DNA of 63,643 bases, filler included, from Octopus bimaculoides (taxonomy: Eukaryota): assembly GCF_001194135.2 (NCBI RefSeq). It is 7 parts of 7 records of this genome, joined end to end, with 100 filler letters (N's around TTAATTAATTAA, not from the genome) between each part and the next. Parts side by side here need not be neighbours in the genome. Positions count along the whole stretch, not along the records: positions 1 to 26,420 come from NC_068996.1; 6 more parts are not named here. One strand, given 5' to 3'. The notes under the pieces were generated by a model. The model was not told the origin of the DNA, made no database searches, and saw only the letters and a program-made list of their open reading frames with translations. Below, in pieces: positions 1 through 12,064 of the stretch; position 1 is the stretch's first letter; each line of letters starts with the position of its first letter. The position numbers were made by a program, and so were the translations under genes.

Positions 1-91
1 CCCAGTGGATTTACTGTGTTATTGGAAACTAACCAGAGTATCTCTACATCCAGGCACGCGCGCACACACACACACACATTGTATATACATA

Positions 92-167
<76 letters not shown>

Positions 168-179
168 AATACAAGTTCT

Positions 180-3100
180 TCTTGTTGGGCAGCAATGATG
201 GGGTAGGTATTCTTTTGGCAGAGAAGTGGGTGGATAAGGTGATTGAGGTAGTTAGGGTGTAATAGGATTATTAAGCTAAGATTAGTCCGGTTTAAAGAAA
301 ACCTGTCGTTTATCTTTGCATGTGGTCCATATATTGGACTCGCAGATATTCAGGACTGATTCTATGAATCCCTTCTTCAGACTACTTTGCTGATAAAAGA
401 CAATAACATTCTCATAATGGCAGGGGACTTCAATGGTTCTTTTTTAAGGCATGCATGGAGGCTACAGCTTTGGTTACAAAAGGAGGAGGAAACAAAGCTG
501 CTCGAGTTTTGTGAAGCAAATGCCTTAATGGCTTGCAGTACCAACTTCAGGAACAGCCATCTGATCACTTATCAATTTGTTAGGCATACCAGCCAGATTG
601 ACTACATCCTCACCAGAAACAGGGACAGGTGTATATACTTGTGAATGCAAAGTTTTTCCCAGGTGAAGAATTTACAACTCGTCAAATGTGAGTGGTTAGC
701 GACTTTAGACTGAAGGCTAGAAGGATCATGATGGAAAAGGAGATTATGGAAGCTCAAGGATCCTTCAAATGGGCAGAGATTTAGAGATGGTCTTTATGAA
801 GTCTTTGATGAAAAGGAGGAAGAGATGGAGACATACAACATAGAGGACAACTAGAAGTTATTATGGGACAGTCAACTGAGGACGTCAGACCAAATCTGGT
901 TAGAGCAAAGCTTCCCCCTGACCAAGGGTGACATGGTGGTGAAAGAGTGTGAGATCAACAGGGCTATGAAAGAGAAGAAATGGGCTTGGAAAGAGTAGAA
1001 GGGCGGGAGTATAAAGAACCATGTCAGACTGCTAAAAAAGAAGCTAGGCACTAAGTGTATCTAACAAAGGGCAGAAGTAGAAAAGAAAGAGTTTGCTTAT
1101 TATGTCTTAAAGCATGAAAATCAGAGACTTGAGATGTTCTGGATTTCCAGACAGTGTGTTAGAGAGAATCAAGATGTTATATGGAAGAGAAGAGTGTACA
1201 GACAATTAATGGTATGCTTGCTCTTAGTGATCCTGAAAAGAAAGAGGCATGGAAGAGCTATTATGAAAGGCTATTAAATGTGGAGAACGAATGGGAGCAA
1301 AGGAGTCTCCTTCATGTGAACCCAACAGAGGGACCAGCTTTTCTAGTTGACAGCAAAATGATAGATAAGGCAATTAAAGATATGATGATAAGGAAGGCTC
1401 CTGATCCATTAGGAGTCACATTTGAGATGCTTACAATATCTTGTAGAGTTGGATACTGTCTAATCCCTCATATAGTTAATTATTCAGGTTATTCAGAAAG
1501 GCATAATCCCTTGTGATCAGTGTAGCAGCAATATAGTCAACTCCTACAAGGGCAAGGGAGATGCCTTAGATAGACGTAATTAAAGAGGCGTCAAATTGCT
1601 GGGCCAGGTGATGAAAGTTGTGGAGAGTTGTAGCCCAATTAACAGAATTAGACTAGATGAAATGCACTTTGGCTTTGTCCCAGGGTGAAGCACCACTGAT
1701 CCTAAGTTCATAGTCAGGCAACTGCAAAAGAAGTACTTAGATAAGAACACGCTGTTATACTTGATATTTGTTGATTTAGATAAAGCGTTTGACAGGGTAC
1801 CTCTTTCTGTGATATGGTGGCCTCTGGGGAAGCTAGAGATAGACGAATGTCTTGTGAAAGCAGTACAAGCTATGTACAGGGGTGCTATTAGTAAGGTAAG
1901 AGTTAGCCATGGGTACAATAATGAATTTAGTGTACAGGTAGGTGTTCACCAAGGCTCGGTCTTCATCCCCCTCCTATTCATCATTGTCCTCCAAGCCAAA
2001 ACAGAGGAATTTAAGACTGGAAGACCATGGGATTAACTATATGTTGATGATCTGGCTCTCATAGCAGAATCTATAACCGAATTAGAAAAGAAATTCCATG
2101 GGTGGAAATAGAATGTGGAATCAAAGGGTCTTAAAGTTAACTTAGCAAAGACCAAGATTCTATTAAGAAAGAAATCGGACAGGACCTTTCACCCTTCAGG
2201 TAAATGACCCTGCTTGACATGTAGGAAGGGTGTAGGCAGAAATTCCATTTGGTTTACTCAGTACAAGCTATAGATACATAAGGTGCATTGGAATAATAGG
2301 ATGGTTAACAAAGACAGCGTTTGTATGAGGAAGATGTATATGAGCCACAAAGACCATAGATACATGGGAAACTGATTTCCTCAAATGTCCCTGAGGCGCT
2401 CTCTGGAAGTTATAGATAATTTCTGCAACATCGGTGACATAATTAGCAGTGGAGGAAGTTGTACAGAAAGTGTAATTGCTAGAATAAGAATAGAATGGAG
2501 AAAGTTCAGAGAACTTTTACCCCTGTTGGCAACCAGAGGTCTCTCTCTCTCCAAGTGAAAGGAAGATTGTATGAAGGGAAGAATGTATAATGCAGGTGTG
2601 TGAACTGCAATGCTACATGATAGTGGGACATGGGCCTTGAATATAGAGGGTATTTAAAGACTAGAAAGGAATGAAGCTGGTATGCTCCACCAGATGTGCA
2701 ATGTCAATGTACATGTGCAACAGAGCACAAGGTTACTGAGAAAAAAGTTGGGCATAAGAGAAATTATACGCAGTGTGCAAGAGAGGAGACTGCACTGGTT
2801 TGGTCATGTGATGTGGATAGATGAGGACAGTTGCATAAGGAAGTGTCCATCACTTAAAGTGGAGGGAATTTGCGGAAGAGGGAGACATAGGAAGACATGG
2901 GATGAAGTATTAAAGGCCAATCTAAAAATGCTGAACCGCATGAAATAATTGACAGAGGATCAAGATAGGTGACGCATTGCTTACTGAAGAAGACCCATCC
3001 ACCACAACAGATTCATATCCTAAAACCAAAGTGGTATTTGTGTTTGGTGCCACATAAAAAGAATAGGTACTGGTACCATGTAAAAAAGCACTGGTGATTG

Positions 3101-3333
3101 TGCCATGTGAAAAATACTGGAGATTATACTACATAAAAAATACTGGTGATGATACCACATAAAAACCACCCAGTACACTCTGTTAAGTTGTTGGTGTTAG
3201 GAAGGGTATCCAGCCATAAAAACCAAGCCAACACAGACTATAGAACCTGGTATGGTCCCTGGCTTTGCCAGTTCCTGTTAAGCCATCCAACTCCTACCAG
3301 CATGGAAAATAGATGTTAAACGATGATGATGAT
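180..3333 (+). mobile_element. Decayed, nearly full-length RTE-clade LINE (AP endonuclease plus reverse transcriptase pseudogene)
   Basis: Broken frames give EN motifs (AGDFNG, SQIDYILTR), RT motifs (FVDLDKAFDRVP, GVHQGSVFIPLLF, YVDDL) and a C-terminal RRLHWFGHV..GRGRHRKTWDE. The 3' UTR has about 25-bp repeats and ends in a (GAT)n tail. Many stops and frameshifts. Confidence 0.92.
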
Positions 3334-3395
3334 TATATATATATATGCTCCAGCATGGCTGCAGTCAAATCACTGAAACAACTGTAAGAATAAAA

Positions 3396-3490
<95 letters not shown>

Positions 3491-3635
3491 TATATGTGTG
3501 TATCTACAAGTATACCCATATAGAGAAATGTGTGTGCAGCTATGAGGAAGTACACATATGTATGTATGTACAAGTATATATATATATATATATATATATA
3601 CGCACACACACACACACACATACATACATACAAAC

Positions 3636-3672
<37 letters not shown>

Positions 3673-3906
3673 CATGCATACATACATGCATGCATACATA
3701 CATGCATGCATATAGTGAGGCGAGTGACATGCCTTTGAACAGCAGCATATATTAAAGATGCTAAAAGTACGATAGATGCCTCCACTACCACGGATTGGTA
3801 GTTAAAACAGTTGATTGATATTAACTGAGACCATCTTGAAATGAGAATATGAAAAGGGGAGATAATGTCAAACATCAAGTATCCTCCATGCACACACAGA
3901 CACATG

Positions 3907-3939
<33 letters not shown>

Positions 3940-3981
3940 GCACATGTTTCTTTCAAAACATGCACATTTACATATATGGAG

Positions 3982-4024
<43 letters not shown>

Positions 4025-4072
4025 TATATATGTGTGTGTGCATGTGTATGTGTATGCATGTATATTAGCATA

Positions 4073-4142
<70 letters not shown>

Positions 4143-4286
4143 CATACATATGTGTGTGTGTATGTGTGTGTTGCATACTGGTGCAGTTATGTATAAACAC
4201 ACACATACACACACGTGCACATATATATCATCATCATTGAACATCCATTTTCCATGCAAGCATGGATCAGACCAATCTTAAACATA

Positions 4287-4845
4287 TACGAAGTCTGATC
4301 AAAAAGTATCGGGATTGTTGCTATAGTAACAGAGCTAAAGTATACAGAATGAAGCTGCTCAGTACAGATTGACCTTGAACTTTGTTGCACATGCAAACTA
4401 GGTTGTAATAATGTTCTTGCTCACTTCTGTTGTTTATAGTGGTGCTCAGAAGTAAAGTGTGTAGAGTATGGTCATCTCACCACATCCCAGAAGCTCCATC
4501 AACGATCATGGCAGAGAGTACACACTGTGTGTGGATGTGTCAGTGTGAGCATGGAAAGAGACATGTCTTGAAGCTTTTTTACAGTTAAGAATGTTTCCAG
4601 AAGTCAAATCCCACAAAGGAACAATGTTTCAATATGTCAAAGAATTCCAAGAGAATGCAATGAGACAGCTGCTCGCTTTTCCAAGAAAGGAGTTCCAGGA
4701 ATGCTTCCATCAACGGAAACGATACTGGGTAACGTGTGGGGCTTCAGAAGGGAAGTGTTTTAAAAGAGATTAAATGCCAAATTGATATGTGTTGTAGTTT
4801 TCTTTTAATAGCACCAGATCTGATACTTTTTGATCAAACCTTATA
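4287..4845 (+). mobile_element. Internally deleted mariner element
   Basis: TA-flanked TIRs (cgaagtctgatcaaaaagtatc / gatactttttgatcaaacctta). 4591-4773 encodes a mariner transposase C-terminus remnant (FQECFHQRKRYW..EGKCFKRD*). Confidence 0.85.
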
Positions 4846-5309
4846 CATATTATAATACGCATGTTTGAGACTGATAATTTCGAGACCCAACGCATGTTTC
4901 ACATACTTATTTTAAGTGTGAAAGATGCAAAAGTCATATCCTTTTAGTTTTAGTACTGACAGGCATAGCCTACAATTTGCCATATAAAATGGGTCTATGA
5001 AATAGATGGTCATGTGAAATGAGCCAATGAGAAAATTGACATTCACTGTGTATGTCATGTGGGATAACAATGAAAAGTATGAAAGCAAAATCATATTTAA
5101 AAAATAATAATAATAATAATAATAATAAAAATGGCAGTTTTTCAACATAAAATGGGGGGGAAAAATTAAAAACATAAAAAATATAAAATATTAAAACATA
5201 CAGCAAATAGAACACATAAACAATATTTAAACAGCCATGTTTTCTTCTCTTTTCAAAATGAAAATCATAGTAATTTGAGTTTTTTCTTCCGTTTAAATGC
5301 TGAAAGTGG

Positions 5310-5416
5310 TTAAGTATCTTTTAACTTGTCATCATCATGAGTTTCGTCTTCGGAATCGGTGTAGTCTATTGGTTGTTGTCCAGGCTGTAATAATCTACCG
5401 ACTAATGTATATTCAT
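5310..5416 (-). CDS. PGRMC1: PGRMC coding exon 3 (107 nt to stop)
   Basis: Acceptor ttttgtag|AT. Translates DEYTLVGRLLQPGQQPIDYTDSEDETHDDDKLKDT*, similar to human [23 protein letters not shown]. 310+150+107=567 nt, i.e. 188 aa plus stop. Confidence 0.95.
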
Positions 5417-5563
5417 CTACAAAAATTTAAAAAAATTAAAAATTTAAATTTAGCAGATGCTTAAATTTCTGCATAATAGAAAGAAAACTTCCAAATTTAT
5501 TAATAAAATATATAAACTAATTATATAAATCAATCACTGTTTTAATTAAATCAATCAAAATAT

Positions 5564-5777
5564 TACAAGAGAGTGCTGAAAAGTTCCTGGCTTTAAGGGT
5601 ATTGCAAAATGTCTGGTTGAAGGCCCAACCTTGAGTTCTTTTACAGGGCTTAGAAAGCCTGAAGGATCGTTACTATAAGTGTGTGAATCTGAAAGGGGGA
5701 GATATAAAATCCCAATTAATTGATCTTCCTGCATTTTCTCTTACCTAAAGCCAGGAACTTTTCAGCACCCCCTTGTA
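5564..5777. mobile_element. Tc1/mariner-type MITE in PGRMC intron 2
   Basis: About 30-bp TIRs (caagagagtgctgaaaagttcctggcttta / taaagccaggaacttttcagcacccccttg) with TA on both sides. Confidence 0.85.
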
Positions 5778-6156
5778 TAATTGTAATTCTTAAAAAATAT
5801 TGTAAATATTAAGAATTTATAAACTTAAGCAAATTTGAAATAATTTTTGGACTATTGGATTGAAACACTCTTTTGGATAGAAAGAGTCAAAGGCTGCCCT
5901 GGAACAAAAACTTTCAACTCTTGTAGAAACTTTGTCATGTCTAGATGTGTGGAATCATGTCCAATGGACAGCCTTTGGTTTTTTTCTATCCAAATGAGTT
6001 TTTTCTAACCCAAAATTTACATGCTATTATTTATAGCTTTTTTTTGCTTTGAGATCCACAGTTCCAAAAAAGAATTATTGTAGATAATATTTGCATATTA
6101 ATTAGAGAAATTCTTTGAATTCATTAATGTGACTTTTTCTTAAAAAGAATTTTTAT

Positions 6157-6297
6157 ATTGATGGCCATATCATGTTGAAGCTTAAAGTTACGTTATATTG
6201 AATGCACCAGTTCTTGCCTGATCACCAAAGTTAAGCAATGTCAAGCCTAGTTACTACTCAGATGGGTGACCACTTGGGAAACCTAGGTGCTATAAGC
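6157..6297 (+). pseudogene. 5S rRNA-derived pseudogene or SINE3-like head
   Basis: ggccatatcatgttgaa[23-nt insert]tgcaccagttcttgcctgatcaccaaagttaagcaatgtcaagcctagttactactcagatgggtgaccacttgggaaacctaggtgctataagc aligns by eye along a whole metazoan 5S rRNA, including box A and box C. Most mismatches are CpG transitions. Confidence 0.85.
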
Positions 6298-6309
6298 ATC
6301 TCACATTTT

Positions 6310-6660
6310 ATAGGCACAAGCATGGTGTGGCTGTGTGGTAAGAAGTTTGCTTCCCAGTCACATGGTTCCAGGTTCAGAACCCACTACATGGCACCTTGGG
6401 CAAGTGCCTTCTATTACAACCTCAGGCTAACCAAAGCCTTGTGAGTTGATTTGGAAGATAGAAACTGAAAGAAGCCCATTATATATATGTATGTGACAAC
6501 AGGTGTTTATGTATTTACATCACCATAACTGAGTAGTTCAGCAAAAGAGACCAATAGAATAAGTTACCAAGCTTAAAAGCATAAGTACAAAGGTTGATTT
6601 GTTCGACTGTTATGCTACAGCATGGTCATAGTCCAGTGACTGAAGCAAGTAAAAGATAAA
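6310..6660 (+). mobile_element. tRNA-derived SINE, family A (head gtggctgtgtggtaag, internal TA tract, tail catggccgcagtcaaatgactgaaacaagtaaaag)
   Basis: Pol III A-box and B-box-like head (tggctgtgtgg, ggttcag). Collinear with many other copies in the window. Confidence 0.8.
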
Positions 6661-6924
6661 ATAAGTTAATTTTGCTTAATTTTTACCTATGATAATTTAA
6701 TATAAAAATAAGACAACTGAATCATAATTTTGTTATTTTCTAATTTGAAACTTCCATACGTAATCTAATGTTCAATTGAATATAAGGTAATCCATGTTTG
6801 ATTACTGAGCAAAAAAGAACAACTACCTGAGGATGGAGAAACGAAGAACTGCTTTTCAACATTGCAACTTATATTTCTTTCTCACTTGAAAACTAAGCAA
6901 CTGACATGATGTTCTATCTATGCG

Positions 6925-7275
6925 CAGATATGACTTTGTGGTTAAGAATCTTGCTTTACAACCACATGATTTGGGGTTCAATCCTGGACAAGTGTCTAGT
7001 CCCTGACTGACCAATGCCTTGTGAATGAATTTGGCACATAGAGAGTGTATAGAAGCTCATCATATATAAGTGTGTGTGGGAGGGTGCATGTGTCCATCCG
7101 TTACCACCCAATGACTGTCAACTGGTGTTGGTTTGGTTATGTCCCTGTGATTTAGTTATTCAGCAAAAGAAACAAATAGAGGTAGAATAAGTACCAGACT
7201 CTAAAACAAAAAAAGTATGGGGAATGATTTGTAGGTGTTGCCCCGGCATGGCCACAGTCCAATGACTGAAACCAG
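6925..7275 (+). mobile_element. SINE family A, old diverged copy
   Basis: Same block order as other copies, heavily mutated. Confidence 0.7.
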
Positions 7276-7377
7276 TCTATTAAAAGTGGTTTTAAAAAAA
7301 AACCAAAAAAAAAAAACAAAGTAGTCTTATAGAAACTCAGTAAAATAAAAATGAATAAATTAATTGAAAACCATTAC

Positions 7378-7527
7378 CAGTCAATTGCATTTCCCACTCA
7401 TGTATTTGGTTCATTTGACTAGATGTTAAGTCACTGAGATCATCATAGCCATCTTTGATAGCAGACACAGAGAAACATGCCAATGCTCTGGAAGCATCAC
7501 GACCAGCGAATACAGAATATGGACCAC
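7378..7527 (-). CDS. PGRMC1: PGRMC coding exon 2 (150 nt)
   Basis: Not in the ORF track. Acceptor ttttcag|GT, donor G|gtaatg. Translates GGPYSVFAGRDASRALACFSVSAIKDGYDDLSDLTSSQMNQIHEWEMQLT, containing the GPY heme-ligand Tyr and the FAGRDASR MAPR signature, in frame with exon 1. Confidence 0.97.
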
Positions 7528-7780
7528 CTGAAAATTAATAAATAACTAAAAGAATTCAGGGACAATATCTAAACTTTTATGAAATATATACATGTGTTTA
7601 AGACGTGGTTAATTATAAAAGATAATTTCTGATAAAACAACTGCAAAGAAATTTTTTTGCAGTTGTTTTTAGTAATTTCTTTTTAACTCCAGGCTAAATA
7701 CCATTTTTTAAAAAATAAAATAGATTAAGAATTAAAAAAAAATATATTAAAGGGTTTACTAAGAAGTTCTTTGTCTTCAT

Positions 7781-8121
7781 CAGTGGTTCTCAACCATTTT
7801 TTTTTGCCTGTGAACTGCTTTGACTCCTATTTTGATCAGGTGTATCTTCAATGTTTAAAAAAATTATAAAATTTTTGAACTTAAATATTATTAGGAATTG
7901 TATAAAAAATTTGTTAAAATATTTTGGGCATTGTGAAAGTAAAACCAATTTATTGCACATAAACTTTAACAACAAAATCTTATGTAGATCCTTAAGGGCT
8001 ATATTGAGCCCAAAGGGCTATATTGAGCCCAAAGGGCTATATTGAGCCCAAAGGGCTATATTGAGCCCAAAGGGCTATATGGACTCCTAAGGGCTATGTG
8101 GACCCCAGTTGAGAACCACTG
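7781..8121. mobile_element. hAT-type MITE with internal 19-bp tandem array
   Basis: TIR cagtggttctcaac / gttgagaaccactg. Candidate 8-bp TSD gtcttcat / atctacat (6 of 8 match). Confidence 0.85.
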
Positions 8122-8218
8122 ATCTACATGCACTGCAATTGAGAGTGAAAATAGACTTAAGATTCATTACAAGAGGTTAAAAGGTTGGTAGCTTAAAGAG
8201 AGCTTGCTATCAGACAAA

Positions 8219-8389
8219 GGCATAGGAGTGGCTGCGTGGTAAGTAGCTTGCTTACCAACTACATAGTTCTGGGTTCATTCGCACTGCATGGCACCTTGGC
8301 CAAGTGTCTTCTACTATAGCCTCGGGCCGACCAAAGCCTTGTGAGTGGATTTGGTAGATAGAAACTGAAAGAAGCCCGTCGTATATATG

Positions 8390-8420
<31 letters not shown>

Positions 8421-8535
8421 ATATGTGTTTGTGTCTGTGTTTGTTCCCCCAACATCGCTTGTCAACTGTGCTCGACTAAAGGCGGTGCTCCAGCATGGCC
8501 ACAGTCAAATGACTGAAACAAGTAAAAGAGTAAAG
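8219..8535 (+). mobile_element. SINE family A copy with internal deletion
   Basis: Family A head, (TA)/(TG) tract and tail. Confidence 0.85.
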
Positions 8536-8699
8536 GTAAGAAAGTGGGCAATTTGTAAGGCAATAATGAAAATATGATTTGAAAAGCCATAGAAACTACA
8601 AAGTATAATGAAGACAAATGTAGGTTACATTCAGATGATGCCTAGTAATAAAAGAAAGCTAATGCAGAATAATAATACAGGATAATCATCATCATCATC

Positions 8700-9240
8700 A
8701 TCATCATCGTTTAACATCCGCTTTCCATGCTAGCATGGGTTGGACAATTTGACTGAGGACTGGTGAACCAGATGGCTACACCAGGCTCCAATCTGATTTG
8801 GCAGAGTTTCTACAGCTGGATGTCCTTCCTAACGCCAACCACTCAGAGAGTGTAGTGGGTGCTTTTACATGCCACCGGCACGAAGGCCAGTCTGGCAGTA
8901 CTGGCAAAGGCCACACTCAAATGGTGCTATTTACGTACCACCGGCACGGAAGCCAGACAGCTGTTCTGGCAACGATCAGGTTCAGACGATGCTCTTAGTC
9001 CTCCACTGGTACAGGTGCCATCACAATTTTGCTTTCGCTTGCCCCAACAGGTCTTCGCAAGCCGAGTTTAGTGTCCAATGAAGGAAACGTTGGCAAGGGT
9101 GCCAGTCGTCAAATTTAGTTCAATTTCAATTTCACTTGCCTCAACAAGTCTTTGCAAGCGGAGTTTAGTATCCAATGAAGGAATGGTATGCATAAGTGGG
9201 CTGGCTACATCCCTGGCAGAGGCCTTGGATTTTGGTCTTG
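8700..9240 (-). mobile_element. Short element carrying the RTE 3' tail (family C)
   Basis: (CAT)n followed by cgtttaacatccgctttccatgctagcatgggttggac..., the reverse complement of the tail ending the LINE at 3200-3333. Confidence 0.8.
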
Positions 9241-9323
9241 AAGTTTCTATTTGATGATACTTTGTTCTGTAGACTGGAGGTTGTCAATTGAGATATAGAT
9301 ATTTGCTTTCTGGTATGCAGTCT

Positions 9324-9559
9324 TTAAACCTTTTGATACCAATCCATCCAAGATAGCCCAAGACTGCTCTTGGTTCTATGATTCAAATTTCTTGTTTACA
9401 TTGATCTGTATTAAAATCTTCCTTCAAAATTTCATGTCATTTATATCATAAATACCAGTTTAATAATTACAGTTATTTTACTAGATTCTTCATTATTTTC
9501 AAAATTAATTGAAATATAGACAGTTCGTTTCAACAGGAATATGGTAGCAAAGGGGTTAA
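9324..9559. mobile_element. piggyBac-type MITE
   Basis: TTAA at 9324-9327 and 9556-9559 flank imperfect TIRs accttttgatacca / tggtagcaaagggg. Confidence 0.65.
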
Positions 9560-9999
9560 AACATATGCTGGAACATTTAAAAAGCTCAAAGATTAAGATT
9601 CCTGTCAAAAATCTCATACATTAAATACAACTTCTTGTTAATGATATGAGCTTCTAAAGGAAACATGAAAGAAAACAGTGATAATAGAATATCTAAAGTT
9701 GTTTTTTAGCACACATACTTCCCTGATCAAGCAGACTGATGATAAAAGACATTCCAGCCATGATCATTCCACTTTGTTTTCAAGTGTGGCACAGTAGCCC
9801 AGTAGCCCAGATGACTCTTTCCCAAACATGCTCTTTTTGAAAGTAGTAGGTGCCATCTGAAGGAGTAGATTTGGCAGCTATTCCAAGTTGTTTGAATAAC
9901 TGTGTCAAGGCCCTCTTGCCTCATGTATTATGGATAAACAATGAAGTTCTATGATTTAGGAATAAAAGTGTAAAGGAATTTTATCCTTATATAAATAAT

Positions 10000-10251
10000 C
10001 AGAGCTGGATTAAGACTCACAGAGGTCCTGTGCACTTAAAATATTTTGGTGCCCCCATATATATGGAATTTAAAATTAAGCTTTCTCCCACTTTTTTAAT
10101 TGAAGTTTTTGATCAGCTCCTGAAAATTAATCTCATGTAATACATCTGCTTCTATACTTAGTAGAGATAAGGCACCTTGAATATTATTTTAGCAAGTTTA
10201 AAGTGATTTTTTTATATGCGCTTATTTTGTTTAATGGTTAATCCAGTACTG
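10000..10251. mobile_element. MITE, probably hAT-type
   Basis: TIR cagagctggattaa / ttaatccagtactg. TSD is degraded. Confidence 0.6.
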
Positions 10252-10270
10252 TAAGGAACGGTGTATATGT

Positions 10271-10326
<56 letters not shown>

Positions 10327-11217
10327 ATGTATGTGTAAACCTACAGACATTTCAAATTTACCTATTTCTGTGTAGACTGAAAAAATTATGAACAGCCTTA
10401 ATTGGTTTCCAACCCTCAGTGGGTTTTCATTTGGTGTCTACATCACTTGGCTAATCCCAGAAAAACAAATACTCACTCCATTATATACACATCAAATCTA
10501 GCAGCTCCGGTTCTCTGGAGCTGCTAATTTGTATACTTATAAGTGTTTAGCACTTTATCTAATAACAGCTGCCTGTCAACAAGGAAATCCACTCCACACA
10601 GTATCAAGGTCTCATTAGAAGTGTTTACATCACTTGACCAATCCCAGAAAAGTGTGTGTGTGTGTGTGAATGTGTGTGCACGCATGCATGTGTATGTATG
10701 CATGTCATCATCTTTCTTTTTAATGTTTACTTTTTCCTACTTGCATGGGTCAGACAAAACTATACAGGAGAATGGAGGCCCTTCCTGATGCCAACCTTCA
10801 CCTGTTTCCAACCAAAGTAATAATAATCCTCCAGCCTATCAAACAATGAAAACCCTGGACATAATCATGCACAGAACTAGAAACAGTTTCACAACTAAAG
10901 TAATGGTTGACTCATGACTAAGAAAAGGACAGCAGCCAACAGCATCCATGCAGTGGGGCACTGAATCCCTGTTCACTTGGTTCTGTGGGGGACAAGCGAC
11001 AACATGTAGAGAAATAAATGGGTTGAATAAAAGAACTTGACAGACAGAATGAAACAGAAAAAAAAAATGATCATTATTGTATTTGAAGGAGACGATTGCA
11101 GTGACATGGACATTTGGTTAAAGTTGCTAGATGAGTGGAGTAGTATTTTTTGAGACAGAGATTAAGTTGACAGAACAGGATCTGTTTTAATGTTTTCAGA
11201 GTACGAAAATTCATAGT

Positions 11218-11300
11218 AAAATGATAGACATAGCAACTAAATGATAGACATAGCAACCAAACGATAGACATAGCAACCAAATGGTAGAAATAGCAACCAC
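11218..11300. repeat. 20-bp minisatellite, about 4 copies
   Basis: Unit aaatgatagacatagcaacy repeated with drift. Confidence 0.85.
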
Positions 11301-11483
11301 ATTGTCTCAAATAACACCTTTATTGTCTTAAGAAAAAGAGCATATTAGACAATGTTGCCCTAGAAATATTGTTGATCATATCAGGTCTAACTTGGGACCA
11401 AACAACAGCATACATAAGAGAATATAAAAAAAAAGCAACTTCATTTCAATTAAAATACTGAGTCAGGAGAGAGAGAGGGGGGA

Positions 11484-11563
<80 letters not shown>

Positions 11564-12064
11564 GAGAAAATAATTTGTTGTTTTCCTGTTTCTAGACCTG
11601 TTTTCATTTCCCCTCTCTGAGTCTTTCTTTTCTGTGAGATTCTGTGATATAATCAAAAGTATCTCATTGACTAACATGCTCTTTTTCTTAAGACAATAAA
11701 GATGTCATTTGAGGCAATTTGGTTGCCATTTCTTGTACTTGAAGAATCTGTGAAGAGACTCTTTTGTATCCAGTGTAAGTGAAGTTCACACTATAAATTG
11801 TGTCCCCCTTTCATATTGATTCAAAATTGGCGTAACAATAATTTCCTTATATTGCAATGATTTAGCTAAGTGATTAATGAACTCACTTTGCAATGATTTC
11901 ACATGTGATCCAACTGCACAGCCTATTGGCAAAGTATCCTTTACTATAGCTGTGACTTGATCAAAGATTCTAATTGAAACATGCTTTTGCATTAGAACTG
12001 CAATGTTGCATGATAGTAAGATAAGCCTTGAATGTAGAAGATTTGCAAAGACTAGAAAGAAGCA

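Noticed and set aside
3345-4259. Cluster of overlapping YI/HT/CV-rich ORFs, also at 38-41, 49, 52, 55 and 58-59 kb
   Set aside because: Translations of (TA)n, (CA)n and (TATC)n microsatellites.
6157-6297. Functional 5S rRNA gene
   Set aside because: A 23-nt insertion and many CpG transitions disrupt the helices. It is an isolated copy in an intron.
7994-8107. CRISPR-like array (palindromic repeats)
   Set aside because: Head-to-tail units with no unique spacers, in eukaryotic DNA, inside a MITE.
10499-10528. Hairpin tagcagctcc/ggagctgcta as a Helitron 3' end
   Set aside because: No CTRR terminus at the expected spacing and no other Helitron features.
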